Shown here in pieces: positions 13,131-25,600 of a stretch of DNA of 64,000 nt. The notes under the pieces are model-generated. The model was not told where the DNA came from, did no database searches, and was given only the letters and a program-made list of their open reading frames with translations. The DNA lies in assembly GCA_037447605.1 (NCBI GenBank), contig CM074816.1, forward strand, positions 2,632,525 through 2,696,524, read 5' to 3'. The stretch's first letter is position 1; each line of letters opens with the position of its first letter. Made by a program: the position numbers and the translations under genes. The DNA comes from Zygnema circumcarinatum SAG 698-1b (Eukaryota > Plantae > Zygnematophyceae).

Positions 13131-14755
13131 CAGTAGGGGGTCCTCATATTTTCCACCCTGGTTCCGGGCAATATGAGGCGAAAATATTAATTTTGCATAT
13201 ATAAGGTTCGTGTTACGAATAGACGGGCGGAATTATGTTAGAGTTCATGTCGGACCAGACGCATCGCATCGCACTCATATCGCACTGTATCATTTAGCAT
13301 CGTGATCGCATTGTGACATATTAGACGCGATGTTTAGTTTTAGGACTCGCTCGTTCCCATTGATGATGCTATAATTATCAATAGTGGAAGAGCACACCCA
13401 TGATGAAATAAATGAGTGAGTTAATATTGGGCTGGGGGTTGACGGGCTTCCACGGCAATGAAACAAAACTGGGTGCCTTGTGGGACTAAGAAGACGCTCA
13501 ATACCAAAACACCTCTTAAAGTCAATATGCTTGCTTGTAGATGGTTCATGTGGATGGTATATGGAGCAGATGTAACAACTGACGGGCTAATCCCCTCAGT
13601 CGTGTGCGGAAATCGCCCAGTCTGCGGTATGTTGGTTGGATGACGACAGCAATCCTCGCCCCTATATGCTTCCCCCATCAAACCCCCTACCATCATGGGG
13701 GACCGAAAGTAGGGCTGTCCAATGGCAGACTGCCACGCGGCTAGTACATGTTGATGTATAGGTACATCAAGGTGTTGGTACTTAGTTCCTAGCATGAATG
13801 TTGTCCGGGACATCAATGTGGTGGTATAGGGACAATGTCATGTATGAATGGTCATGTTTGGTGTAGGACCGAACATGGGGGGTGCCCGTATCGTTAGGGC
13901 ATGGTACGGCAGGTCTAGGGAAGGTCTAGGGTCGTAGAATTACGGCTTAGGCTTAGACCGTACCAAAGGGGGTGCACGGAATGTGCTTCAACGAAAAGGA
14001 GCACGGCCGTACAGACGGCGCGCGACTGTACGGACGACGCAAAACGAATGGACGGCGCGAGAGGCGGATCTGCACGAAGCGACATGATTGGTCGCGCCAG
14101 CGTGCAGATAGCGACGCAGTCTTCAGGCATGACGTGACGCGGAAGTCGGTTGAAGAGATTGGAGATGTCGGCGGCGAATGAGGAGGCGGCACGTGGCACT
14201 GTTTGGACCCTTAGTGCGGCCGNNNNNNNNNNATTACACTCATGAAGTTTAAGGAGTTTTAGGGCCGTGGGCTTTCTCCTTACTACTGTATCATCTGTCA
14301 TGTGAGTCCTCGTGTTGGATTAGCGTGGTGGATGAGTGGAGGCGACCATTGTATGGGCGGTGTGTTGCTCCACACGAGGAGATCATTGGAGGAGCGTGGA
14401 GTTGAGGAGCCGAGACCATGGAGGAGTTGAAGAAGAGTTCTTGTAGGTGGCGTGTTTAGTTATCCGCTGTGCGCACCTGGCAAGGGGTGGAAGAGAAGGC
14501 ATATCGTGGCGGAAGCATTATGTGGCCCAAGGAGAAGAGGAAGAAAGTTTTGAGCTTCATCCGGGCATGTGTTTTCCTTCCCTTAAGCCCTGCCCCTTGC
14601 ACCAACAGTACAGATAGTACGAACAGTACGGAAAGCACGGACGGTACGAACAGTACGGATAACACAAGTTACCGTACAAAAAGGTGGTTTCGGCAAAATC
14701 GGGGCGAAAATATTGAGGACGCACTCCTTAAGGTGGTAAATACGAGGACCCCCCC
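13131..14755. mobile_element. Nested TIR element (GGGGTCCTCATATTTTCCACC family)
   Basis: Left end CAGTAGGGGGTCCTCATATTTTCCACC, right end GGTGGTAAATACGAGGACCCCC. Related ends occur at 14965 (TA|CAGTCAGGGGTCCTCATATTTTCC) and ~33640-33662 (GAAAATATGACGGGGTCCTACTG|TA). TA|CAGT suggests Tc1/mariner (inference). Confidence 0.55.
14233..14607 (+). mobile_element. Copia-type LTR (solo or partial; 5' part lost in a gap)
   Basis: Clearly homologous to 16311-16691. Ends ...GCACCAACA. Confidence 0.75.
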
Positions 14756-15252
14756 CCCCGCCATCGCGAGTTCAATGAAAGTTTGTTCTTTCCCCACTGT
14801 GTCAGCTCGTGCTCGACCGTACGTTTGTACCGCATAATACCGTACGACCATACGACAGTCCGACCGTACATGTTGTAAAGGCGTTGTAAAGTAATATATA
14901 TCAGCCGTTATCTAGTCGTCACAGTTGTATAATATATAGTCGTAATTAATCCATCCTTAACCTACAGTCAGGGGTCCTCATATTTTCCACCCTGGGTTTG
15001 GCCAATATGAGGCGAAAATATTGATTTTGCATATACAGTCTAATCACGTTATAGTGACCGTGTCGGTCCCCACACATTTGTGTCACTATATCGGTAATGA
15101 CCCGTTTGTCATTTCACATTTATAGTAACAATGTTATTACATATGTTTTTACGGTATATCCGTACGACTTTGATACCGTACATTGTACTTTTTGGGCAGT
15201 CGTCACATGGGTAGGTGTGTACGAACCCTAGTGAGCATGTGNNNNNNNNNNG

Positions 15253-16209
15253 GGAGGAAACGCGACTTCATCCGGCAAGAAGGAGAAGAAGGCGTTCAGT
15301 GGCACTTGCTTCAAATGCAAGAAGAGAGGCCACAGGAGCTCAGACTGCAAGGTAGCAGTCGAGAACAACCTCATGCTGGCGGAGAATACTGAGAATGCGT
15401 TTGTGGGAAGGATTCAGGAAGAGGATCCGAAGCGGCCGTGGCTGATTGATTCCGGCGCTTCTACGCATATGTGCGGAGACACATCGATGTTCTCCAAGCT
15501 CGACAACTTGGAGAAGACACGCTCAGTCCATTCAGCAACCGGTGAAGGAGTCACCGTGACGAGAGGTGGAGCCGTGAGGATGATACTCGGAGACGGCTCG
15601 GTCATCAATGAAGAAGACATACAAGAGAAGTTGTCAATTGGTGACGTTCTTCAGACCCCTGGGCTAAAGCAGAATTTCATGTCTGTTAGCCAAGTGTGTA
15701 AGAAAGGATACAGTGTTCTGTTTGAGGAGAAGTCATGCGTGGCCATCCATACAGAAACTGGGAGACAGCTGTTCAGGGGTTATGAGAGAGGAGGGCTGTA
15801 TTTTCTTGATTATAAGAGGGAGAATTATGAGCATGTCAATGCAATCTCAGAGAATGCCGTAGATGTATGGCATAAAAGACTTGGTCACTTACACCATAGA
15901 GGAATGCAGCAGTTGGCTGAGAAGGGGTTAGTCCGTGGGCTAGACCCGGGTGTAGTGGAGAAGGAGCTTGGGTTGTGCCAGGAGTGTGTGGAGGGCAAGG
16001 CGCACAGGAGACCATTCGTGAGGAGTGGAGACGAGTCCTATCGAGCGCGAGAGAAGTTGGAATTGGTACATTCTGACTTGTGTGGCCCAGTTACACCGGC
16101 GACCAACGGCGGAGCACGTTACTTCGTCACGTTCCTCGACGATTACTCGAGGAAGATTTGGATTACGCTCCTCAAGAACAAGTCAGAGGCTTTCAGAGCC
16201 TTTTGAGAT
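15253..16209 (+). mobile_element. Ty1/copia fragment: gag zinc knuckle, aspartic protease, GAG-pre-integrase, integrase start
   Basis: CFKCKKRGHRSSDC, WLIDSGASTHMC, WHKRLGHLH...CQEC, LELVHSDLCGP. Bounded by N gaps on both sides. Confidence 0.95.
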
Positions 16210-16222
16210 NNNNNNNNNNGGG

Positions 16223-17048
16223 TGTAAGCTGCCTATCAGTGGATAGGGTAGTGCTCATGAATGGAGGAGAATCGGGCATAAGGTTATATGTAGATTTCCT
16301 AAGAGAGCTTGTATTACACCTATGAATGTTAAGGAGTTTTAGGGCCGAGGGCTTTCTCCTTATACTTGTGTCATTCGTCATGTGAGTCCTTGTGTTGGAT
16401 TGGAGTGATGGATGAGTGGAGGCGACCATTGTATGGGCGGTGTGTCGCATCACACGTGGAGACCATTGGAGGAGCGTGGAGTTGAAGGAGCCGAGACCAT
16501 GGAGAAGATGAAGAAGTGTTCTTGTAGGTGGCGCGTTTTGTTTTCCGCTGTGCGCACCTGGTGAGGGGAGGAAGAGAAGGCATACTGTGGCGGATGCGGT
16601 ATGTGGCCTAAGTAGATGTGGAAGAAGTTTGTAGTTTCACTCAAGCATGTTTTATCCTTCCACTAGTCTCTCCTGCCCCCTCACACCAACAGAGCCACGG
16701 CGGAGCAGCAGTCGGAACACGAAGTGGCGCTCGCCAGATGGAGTGCCAAGGACAACAAAGCGCTCACCCAGATCGTCATGAGTGTGAGGGGAAGTCCTTC
16801 GTCCATGCTGTATGATCTCAAGACCTCACATGCTATGTGGAGGTGCTTAGAAGAGATGTATGATGTAAAGGATAACGTCACGATAGTGAGTCTTTACACG
16901 CAGCTTGGGAAGATGAAAATGTCCTCGGATGAGAAACTGAGTGAATATATGGTCAGGTTTGATACCTTGATGGAGAGGTTCATAGCTCTACAGAAACCGT
17001 TAGAGAGTGACCATAAGATCAGCCAGTTCTTAGGGGGATTGACCTCCA
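16223..17048 (+). mobile_element. Copia LTR (TG...CA, 16223-16691) followed by gag N-terminus (16724-17048)
   Basis: LTR TGTAAG...CCAACA followed by a PBS remnant (GAGC). The ORF ...AMWRCLEEMYDVKD...KMSSDEKLSEYMVRF...FLGGL has the copia gag (UBN2-like) pattern. Confidence 0.85.
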
Positions 17049-17058
17049 NNNNNNNNNN

Positions 17059-20000
17059 TGAAATTGAAGATTCAGTCATACTCTGGGGTAGTCAACTGCT
17101 TGTTGACATTGTTGGCCCCAGGGACAGACTTTATCTTGGGGAGCAAATGGCTGACTCTTATGGGGGCTCAGTTAGATTTTGTTGTCCCTAATTGCGTCCT
17201 CCGCAGTGAAGGAAGACGCATAACGCTGCAACCGGGCAGTCCTTCCGGACCGTTCTCTTCGCAGTCGTCTTTGTCGTTTTTGTGCTCCGCCATGCAATTG
17301 GGCAAAGCACTAAAAACGAACAGCATCTTGTTTATGGTGCAAGTCATGACGGCAACCGAGGATGCTCATGACGAGGATCAGGAATGGCAACCCACTGCGG
17401 GTGAGGCAATGCCAACTGTTCCGGCGTTGTTTTAACCTTTGTTGAAAACGTTTGAGGATGTGTTCCCAGACGATCTGCCAAGGGGTTTGCCTCCAGCCCG
17501 CGGGGTGGGGCATACCATACCCCTTGAGCCAGAGCAGAAACCTTCTTGGAGGCCTATCTACAGGCTTAGTCCGAAGGAGACTGAGGAGATGCGGAAGCAA
17601 CTCGCTAATTTGCGTGATAAGGGTTGGATTGAACCCAGCCAGAGTCCCTTTGGGGCTTCTATCCTTTTTGTAGGCAAAAAGGATGGGTCTTTGCGTATGT
17701 GCATCGATTATCGGGCACTTAACAAGATCACGGTAAAGAACAGGTTTGCTTTACCACGTATCGACGATCTGCTCGATCGTCTACAAGGGGCGAAGGTGTT
17801 CACCTCGCTTGACCTTGCCCAGGGGTACCATCAGATCCGTGTCACGGATGCTGATGTGCCTAAGACGGCATTTCGGACGCCGATTGGTCACTTCCAATAT
17901 AAGGTACTCCCTTTTGGACTGACCAACGCTCCGGCTACTTTCCAAGCCGTGATGAACGAGATGTTCGTCGGCATGGATGAGTTTGTCCTGGTCTACCTGG
18001 ATGATATCCTGGTATTCAGCAAGACAGACGCTGAACATCTTGTGCATGTACGCAAAGTGTTCGAGGTGTTGCGGAAACACACGTTTTATGCCAAGAGAAA
18101 GAAGTGTAACTTCATGCAACGTGAGCTGTTGTATCTTGGGCATATCTTGAATGATCAGGGACTGAAACCTGACCCAGCCAAGGTGTCTGCTGTTAAGACA
18201 TGGGCTGTACCGGCTGATCTCCATCAGTTGCGGTCGTTTCTTGGCTTTGCGAATTACTTTCGTAAATTCATCCAAGGCTTTAGTAAATTGGTAACACCCC
18301 TTACCAATTTGACACGTTCCGGTGTCGCGTACGCATGGACACCAGAGTGCCAGTTGGCCTTTGATGGTGTTAGACATGCACTTGTGACAGCACCTACGTT
18401 GAGGTTGGCGGATCCCACCTTACCATACGAGGTGGTCTGTGATGCTTCTGGGTTCGCTTTGGGTGCGGTCTTGTTCCAAGGCGACCAACCGCTTGCTTAC
18501 GAAAGTCGCAAGATGAACCCAGCTGAGCGAAACTACTCAGCCACAGAGCAAGAGCTCTTGGCTGTGGTTCACGCCTTGAGGACATGGCGTTGCTATTTGG
18601 AGGGGGCGGTGGCAGTCACGCTGGTCACGGACCACCGTCCACTGACGTTCCTCTCCACGCAGCAAACTCTTTCGAGGCGGCAGGCACGCTGGTCNNNNNN
18701 NNNNTGATGCGCTCGTCGACTCGAGTGTTGGTGGTACGAGATGGTGGAGACAAAGGGCCGGCCAACCCAGCGTTTACATCTCCAGTATGTTTTGTCATAA
18801 ACCCCTCCACCAGTGACGCAGTCAACCCTCCTGCTCTCTCGGATTTCAGACAGATGATTCAGGAGGGGTACACTGGTGATCCTTTGTTCCTGGACGGCCA
18901 AGGCAATGGCTATAAGAACAAGCTCGTGCTTCGGGACGGTTTTTGGTACCACGATAAGCAGTTAGTNNNNNNNNNNCGTACCCAAGGCTGGATCTGTACG
19001 GCAGCTCATACTGAGTGAGATGCACGATCCTCCGTACAGAGGCCATATGGGAGTTGCCAAAACCCGTGAAGCACTGCTCCGAGAATTTTGGTGGCCCGGA
19101 ATTACAGCGGACGTGGAAGCGTATGTACTCGCATGCCCAACTTGTCTGCGGGATAAGCCTCGCACGGGACCTGTGCCTGGCTTGCTACAGCCCCTCGCCC
19201 CTCCTTACAGGAAGTGGGAGAGTGTGGGTATGGACTTGATCACAGACTTACCTGTGACAGCTCGGGGTTTTGACTCCATCCTCGTGTTTGTCGACCGCCT
19301 GAGCAAGATGGTGCATTTTGCAGCCACTGCTAAGACAGCGGGTGCCGACGGCATAGCACGGCTATATGTTGACAAAGTCTGGAGTCAACATGGGCTTCAA
19401 TCTGAGATCATCTCAAATCGTGACACCCGATTCACAGGACATTTCTGGAAAGAAATCCTTCGTATTATCGGGACTAAGCAGGCTATGAGTACAGCCTTCC
19501 ACCCTCAGACAGATGGGCAGACGGAGAGGGTTAACCGGATTCTGGAAGACTATTTGAGGCATTATGTGGGACCCGTCCCGGATGGATGGGATGAACTGCT
19601 CCTGGTGGCTGAGTACGCCATTAATAATGCATTCCNNNNNNNNNNCCGGCTCATATGAAAGTGCATCCGGTCTTTCATGTGGGTCTTCTTAAGGCATACC
19701 GCAGCGATGGGAGAGTCCAGCCACCTCCCCCTCCTGTGGAAGTTGAAGGTGATCTCGAGTATGAGGTTGAAGCCATTCAGACACACAGGACAGTGAGTCG
19801 TGGTCAGACTTCCCGCCATGAATATCTCGTGAAATGGTTGGGCTATGGGGTTAAACATAGCACGTGGGAACGTGAGAGCAATCTGACAAATTGCAAGGAG
19901 CTCTTGAGATTGTACCGGGAGGCGCAGACCGCTGGTGAGCGGGTGAGGGCGGCTAGGGAGGTTCCTGAACCGTCCACGCGCTACTCGGAAAGGGACTTGA

Positions 20001-20126
20001 CCGGGATTAACGCTGAGCCCTCCCGTACACCCCGCAGACAAAGGCGAGTGCCTCTTAAACTGCGGGCTGCCAAGGTTACTTTTCCCTAGTGAACGAGGGC
20101 GTTCACACTCTCAGAGGGGGGAGTAA
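17059..20126 (+). mobile_element. Ty3/gypsy chromovirus pol: protease tail, RT, RNase H, integrase, chromodomain
   Basis: RMCIDYRALN, YLDDILVFS, VVCDASGFALGAVL, HDPPYRGHMG...CPTC, FHPQTDGQTERVN, EYEVEAIQTHR...YLVKWLGY...STWE. One in-frame TAA at 17433-17435. PPT AGAGGGGGGAGTAA at ~20113-20126. Confidence 0.97.
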
Positions 20127-21759
20127 TGTAGCGTAACGCTACAGCGTGACCCGGGAGGCGTACACATAGTGATACTATGGTTACCCTTACGCCTCATTTT
20201 AGCGGATAGGCTAAAGGCGGCTAGGGACTCTGACAGTGCGAGGGGACTCCTCCCTTCTTGCCATCGTTCTCCAGTAGAGATTACCTCCATCCCGGGTTAA
20301 GCGTTCCAATCGGCGATGACATCTTCCAAATCTCTCCATTACTCGTTAGCCCATTTACTCCGCAGGTAGATGCGGCTTAATAATGCCGCGGCCGGAATAC
20401 AAGAGAAATGAATAGGAAGCTCACGGCTCTAAAACTCCTTAATAGTGAATTCACTCATACACATTTAGAGACCCCCTCTCTCAAGTAAGGCCCACCCAAG
20501 TAATCTCACGACTCACTACCTCACGGCCGCGGTAAAGTGTAGTGTGTCACTTAACGAGCGAAGCAGGCATAGCGAGAGACTTCTACTACGGCCTGAATGA
20601 ATTGTTACCCCACATAACAAAAGCTAATCCTTAAGTACTATGTCACTACACACGTGACAACAACATGCTACGGAGCTAACAACATCGACTAGCGGCCTGC
20701 AAGGGCCCTATCCCGATCCTAATCCTGCGCCGTCGGATCCTCGTAGACTCACACGGATCCTGCTCTTCGCTTCCGTCGGATCCGACTCAGCCTTCCATTC
20801 GATCCACGTCTTGCGCCGTAGGATCTGACCTTACCTCCAAGATAGATGGCCAGCGTCGATCCTGCGTGGAACAATCTCCGCGCCATAAACCGGTCGGCCG
20901 GCTCCGTACAATTCTAGTCGCCGCCGACAATTTGGCGCGCATCGAGATCAAGTCCGAATCGGCCCGATCAAAGGCGGCGCCAGCCCATGTCGGTTTTGAT
21001 TAGCCAGCGGGTTTTGCGCATCCGTCACATCTTCAATTACGGCTCCGCTGCGTGGCGTCGCCCGCGTCATCTCGACTCCGTCGGCGGGTGCCTCTCCCGC
21101 AGAGCCAAAGTCCGTACCTCGCCCGTCGGTCTAGGCGCACATCGCATGAGGGCCACACACAACACACACACAAAATTAATGTTCCAACAACAACTTCTGT
21201 CTAGTGACTAACCAATACTATACACCCAACGTGACCACAGCCTCCGCCGCTCATCCTGCTGGGCGGGCAAGTGATCCCATTTTTTGATCTACCGTCGTCC
21301 GGTATTGCATTGTACGGCCGGTCCGCCGACATATGGATCCCGCTGCCGAGATTCAGCCGCTGGGCGCCAAGACGCCGGGCGCTGCCGCTGCGCTGCCTAC
21401 CAGATGCGGCGTATTCTTAGATGCTCCGCCCGTACGGGCCGACCGGCCGCATTGCCCACTCTTCGGCATTTTAGCCGCAGCCGCCAAGACGACGGCCAAG
21501 GCCGCGACCGCCCGCGGGAGGATGCGGGCGACCACGGGCTTGTCTCTAGCCGCATAACCGCCAGATTTCGCCACGCCGGGCGGGCTCATTGGGCAGTTCG
21601 GCCGTCCTCCATGCCGGGTAGGGGGTTCAACGGGGAGCTTAAGGGGCTGGCGCCGAGGGGCGGTCATCCCCAGCCTGCACGCACAGCTTCCACCGCCTCT
21701 CCTCTTCGACACACTTAGACTTCGTGAGCAACCGCCAGGTGTAAAGCTTGTTGCTAACA
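20127..21759 (+). mobile_element. Probable 3' LTR of the chromovirus, with a copia-LTR-like segment in reverse orientation inside (~20380-21240)
   Basis: Starts TGTAGCG directly after the PPT. 21340-21759 (ending ...TTGCTAACA) is homologous to the PBS-adjacent LTR at 61274-61699 (minus). 20410-20540 resembles the 25469-26487 LTR (GAAGCTCAC.GCTCTAAA(A)CTCCTTA...ACTCACTACC). Confidence 0.55.
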
Positions 21760-22668
21760 TATTAAATCAGATCGGTGATCAGACGGGTAATATCGTGATC
21801 GTGACGTGACGAAGCCAAGAAGAAGGGGAGAAGAGCGAGCGCCTCTTACGGCGGCTCGTGCGGGGAGATTAGGTGAGTTTTGCGTAAGCCCGTAACGGCT
21901 AGTAACGCTAGTACGGCTAGTATGGACAGTACGGACAGTACTTAGAGTTCATGTATGTCCGTATGTGTCGTATCGTATCGTATCGTACCGTGCTTTTAGA
22001 TACACGAGCTCCTATTGGCGCCGTACGCATACCGTACGATTTAGAGATTCTATTCATACTTCACGCATGCCATAGCGACCCATGTTTGGAAATCCGTTTC
22101 TTATTAGGGTGGGTTTCTTTATCAGCCCTCGCTATACCCCACGCGGGGTCGTGTAATGGACTACGCACCCGCTGGGTTCCATGAGGCCGCTCTCCGCAAG
22201 CGCCGACGCGGTCGCTAATGCGGTAACGAGGCACCGCTCGTAAGACGCCGTTCGGAGGTATGCTTGGCTACGACCATGGCCCGGTGGTGCCGCCACGCGG
22301 GCTACCGTAAAGATCCGCTGTGCGCGCATCGCCACGCCGCCGAAAGGTCGCCAACGCTCGGTGCATCCGGCCGTCGTCCGCCGCAGTCGCAACAGTGGGG
22401 CGACGCGCTGCATTTCGGTGAACCGTGGGGCCACGCTGACGCCACCCGTGCACGGGCGATCACATTGAAAACCGCTTATGTGGAATCCCTCGCTTTATCT
22501 GCAAACGGCGCCCCACGCGGACCGTGAACGAAGCTCGTTACAAAACGGGCTGATGGAAACCCACCCTTAACAGATTTCGTGTTTGAAAACAGGTCAGGTA
22601 AGGTTAACACCCCATAAATTCGAGCCCGTAACGGCTACTACAGCTCGTACGGCTAGTACGGATAGTAC

Positions 22669-25600
22669 CGTGATCGGGCGATCGTATCGTGATCGGCTGA
22701 AAAGAAGGGAGAAGAGTTTTAGCCGCCTCTTACTGGCCGTAATTTAAGGGGAGAATAGGGTGAGTTTTTCGTGAACCCGCGGATCGCAACCAATCCTCGT
22801 CACGAACGCGCTTTCTCCTAATCGCTATGCCGCTGCCGCCGCTTCGCCAGCGCCGTGGCAGCCTCTTGTCGTTGTCTTTGCGTTTTCGCAGGTCGCCAGG
22901 TCTTGTCAGTATTGCTCGCTTTTTAGCTGCTCTTGTGCTTCTTTTCGCTTTTTTGTTTTTGTTTTTTGGTTGTTTTGCCGCCGTTTTGTTTTTCCTCGCT
23001 TCTAACGTTTCGCCTTGTTTTCTGACATTTTCTCGCCGTAGCTTGCCCTTTGCCGTGGTTATGCTTTCCCTTTTTGTCTCCCTTGGCGTCTTCGGCCCTT
23101 GTGTTTCTTCTTTTTGATGCTTGCCTTTTATGCCCTTTTTCCACCCTTTTTCTCGCCAAGTTCTTCCTTCTCCCTCTCCCCGCCTCCCTCGTCCCTTCCT
23201 TCCTTCCTTTCCTTATTCCTCCACCTATGTTTCCCCTATCATTTCTTTCCCTTCCTTCCAACTCCTTCCTTTGTCCTCGCCTCTTCTTTTCCTTCTTCTT
23301 TCTCCCCCCTTCTCATTTCTCCCCTTCCTTTTCTCCCTTCCTTCCTTCCCTCTCTTTTCCTCCCCTCAAGCTCCTCCTCTCCTTCTTTCCCTCCTCCCTT
23401 CCTTTTCCTATCCCCTTTTCCTTTCCCTTGGGATTCTTTTTCTCCTTCTCTTTCTTTCCCCGGGTTCCTTTCTTCCCTCTCTCCTTCTTTCCTTTCCTCT
23501 CTTTTCCTCCTCCCCCTCAGCCTCTCCTCTTTTCTTTTCCCCTCCTTCCTACCCCTTCTTTCCCTTCCATCTCTTCCCTTATCCTTTCCCTTTTCCTTCT
23601 TTTTTCCTGCACTTTATTCCTCGCCATTATTCCTTTTCTCTTTTCCTCTCCCTCCTTCCCGGCTCTTTCCTTCTTCTTTCCTACCCTTCCTCCCTTTTCC
23701 TCCTCCCCTCGCCAATTCGCTTCCCTCCTGTCCATTCTCCTTCTGTCATGCCTCTTGTCGCTTCCTCCTCTCGCTCTCCTTCCCCTTCCCACCCCTGCCT
23801 TGTCATTCTGCTGTTGCTCTTCTCCCCTCCTCAAGTCCGCTTCTTCCCTCTTCCTTCCTCCTCTGGCCGCTGCCCCGTGCCTCTCCCCCGGTTCCTTGTG
23901 ATCATTATTGTGGAAATTGTTTTGGTCAGGGTGCGTAGTTTGTCCCTAAGATATGCGCCGCTGCGTCCTCTTTCTCGCCCCTCCTCCCATTGTGTCGACC
24001 TCTTCTTCTACTCCCTCTTCTTCTCTACCCGCCACCGCCACCCTCGGTCTACTTTTTGCATAAGGTACCAGTCCTGCTAAGCTTAAAGTATATGTTTCTG
24101 GCCCTTAGATGTCCTTGGGTCGTTTTTGTTGTCCCGCTGCCCTCGCCTTTACGCCAGATCCTGTTTTGGCCATGTGTTTGTGTTCGCGGATGCTTTGGCG
24201 CTGCCCTCTTGCTCGCCTTATGTGATCCATCGATGTTGCCGCTAAGCATGTCCTTCTCCTTTTCCCCTTTGGTTTTAATTTTGCCCCCTCATAGGCCAGC
24301 GCTGCTCATGAGACCCGGCCGGCCATGTCTTCTTGTTTCTTGGGTGGGGATTGGGAGCTTTTGCAGCCGCAGCACGCCGCCGACGCTCGTGTTCTCGGCC
24401 GGGCGCTCGGTGCCGCTACTTCGCCTCGCCTCTCCTTTCGGGATGCCTCCGCCGGCTATCATCGCCGCGCCGCTTAGGGGCGCGCGGGAGTTGTCTCAGC
24501 GCCGCCGCGCTTTTCGACTTTTACGCGCCGCTCGCCAACAACGATATCTTTTGGATCGGCTTCTTCGACTCTCTCCATCCGGATGCGCCTGCGGATGTCC
24601 CTTCCTTCATCGACACTTTTGAGCCTGTCGACTCGTTTGTGCTTGATCGTGCCGCCATTCGGGCGCTACTTCCCTCATTTGTTCGTTAGGGGCCTTCTGC
24701 ATGGTTTATGAGTTGCTTCTGCGGATGTGCTTTCTCCCGCACACCGATAGTGGGTTTGGCTTCGTTTTTCTTCGCTTGTGTCATATCGCAGGTCGTGTTC
24801 CTCGCCCTGCAGTCATATTCTACGCCACCAAGGCTTGGTTGCCCTGCCAAGCCCTCAAGCAGGGGTTTCCGCCCCATAGCCGTAGGGAGGTGCCTCGTGA
24901 CGCATGCCGCCATGTGCTTCCTGTGCCACAAGGGGCCTTCTCAAAGATCATTTTCCCCTAACAGTTTAAGTGGCGACCGGGCCGCGCGCGAGGCCGTGTT
25001 CGCGTCAGCTCAGGCGACGCTACCTTTCACCCTCGGATTGTTGTTTGCGTGCTGATGTGACAAACGCTTTTAATACGTGTGGATCGTCGCGAGATTTTTT
25101 CGTGAGTTACGAGAGGCCCCTCGCAGAATCTCACGCCCCTTTTCCTTTTTGTGCGCATTATTTATTCCTCGCTCGAAGCCCGTGGGCCTTTTTCCTCTTG
25201 GCGATGCATCTGGTGGAGGGCTTACCTTGAGTTCCCGCGACCGGGACCCGGCCATGACCCTTTTTGGGAGGTCCTTAGGCTTTTGGCGACATTCAGGCGC
25301 TTTCGAAGCTCGCACGTGCTTTTCCTCGGGTTGCCTTTTTCCACGCGCTCTAATTTATACCATATCATCGCCCTCGGCCGACCGTCGTTGCCGCTATCAT
25401 TTTACTACCGACAAGTCGCTAAGGTGCTTGACGGCAAATTTGTCAAAGTGTTTTTGCTTGGTCTCCGGTGTTGAAACAGGGGACTGCTCCCCACTTCCGG
25501 CGCCACCTCGGGTGTCGCCCTCCATTGGAACTTGAGTTCCCACGGATGAAGACATTCAAACACTCAAAGTTTCATCTTACTTTCACTAATGCCTATACAA

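Larger units (their letters stand above)
12808..14959 (-). mobile_element. hAT MITE expanded to 2.15 kb by nested insertions
   Basis: Left end TAGGGATGGCCCGCG, right end ...AATCCATCCTTA. The 8-bp TSD ACCTACAG is at 12800-12807 and 14960-14967. MITE-internal sequence breaks at ~13130 and resumes at ~14826. Confidence 0.8.

Noticed and set aside
22923-24080. Overlapping F/L/P/S-rich ORFs
   Set aside because: This is a pyrimidine-rich low-complexity stretch inside the decayed CRE element, open in several frames at once.
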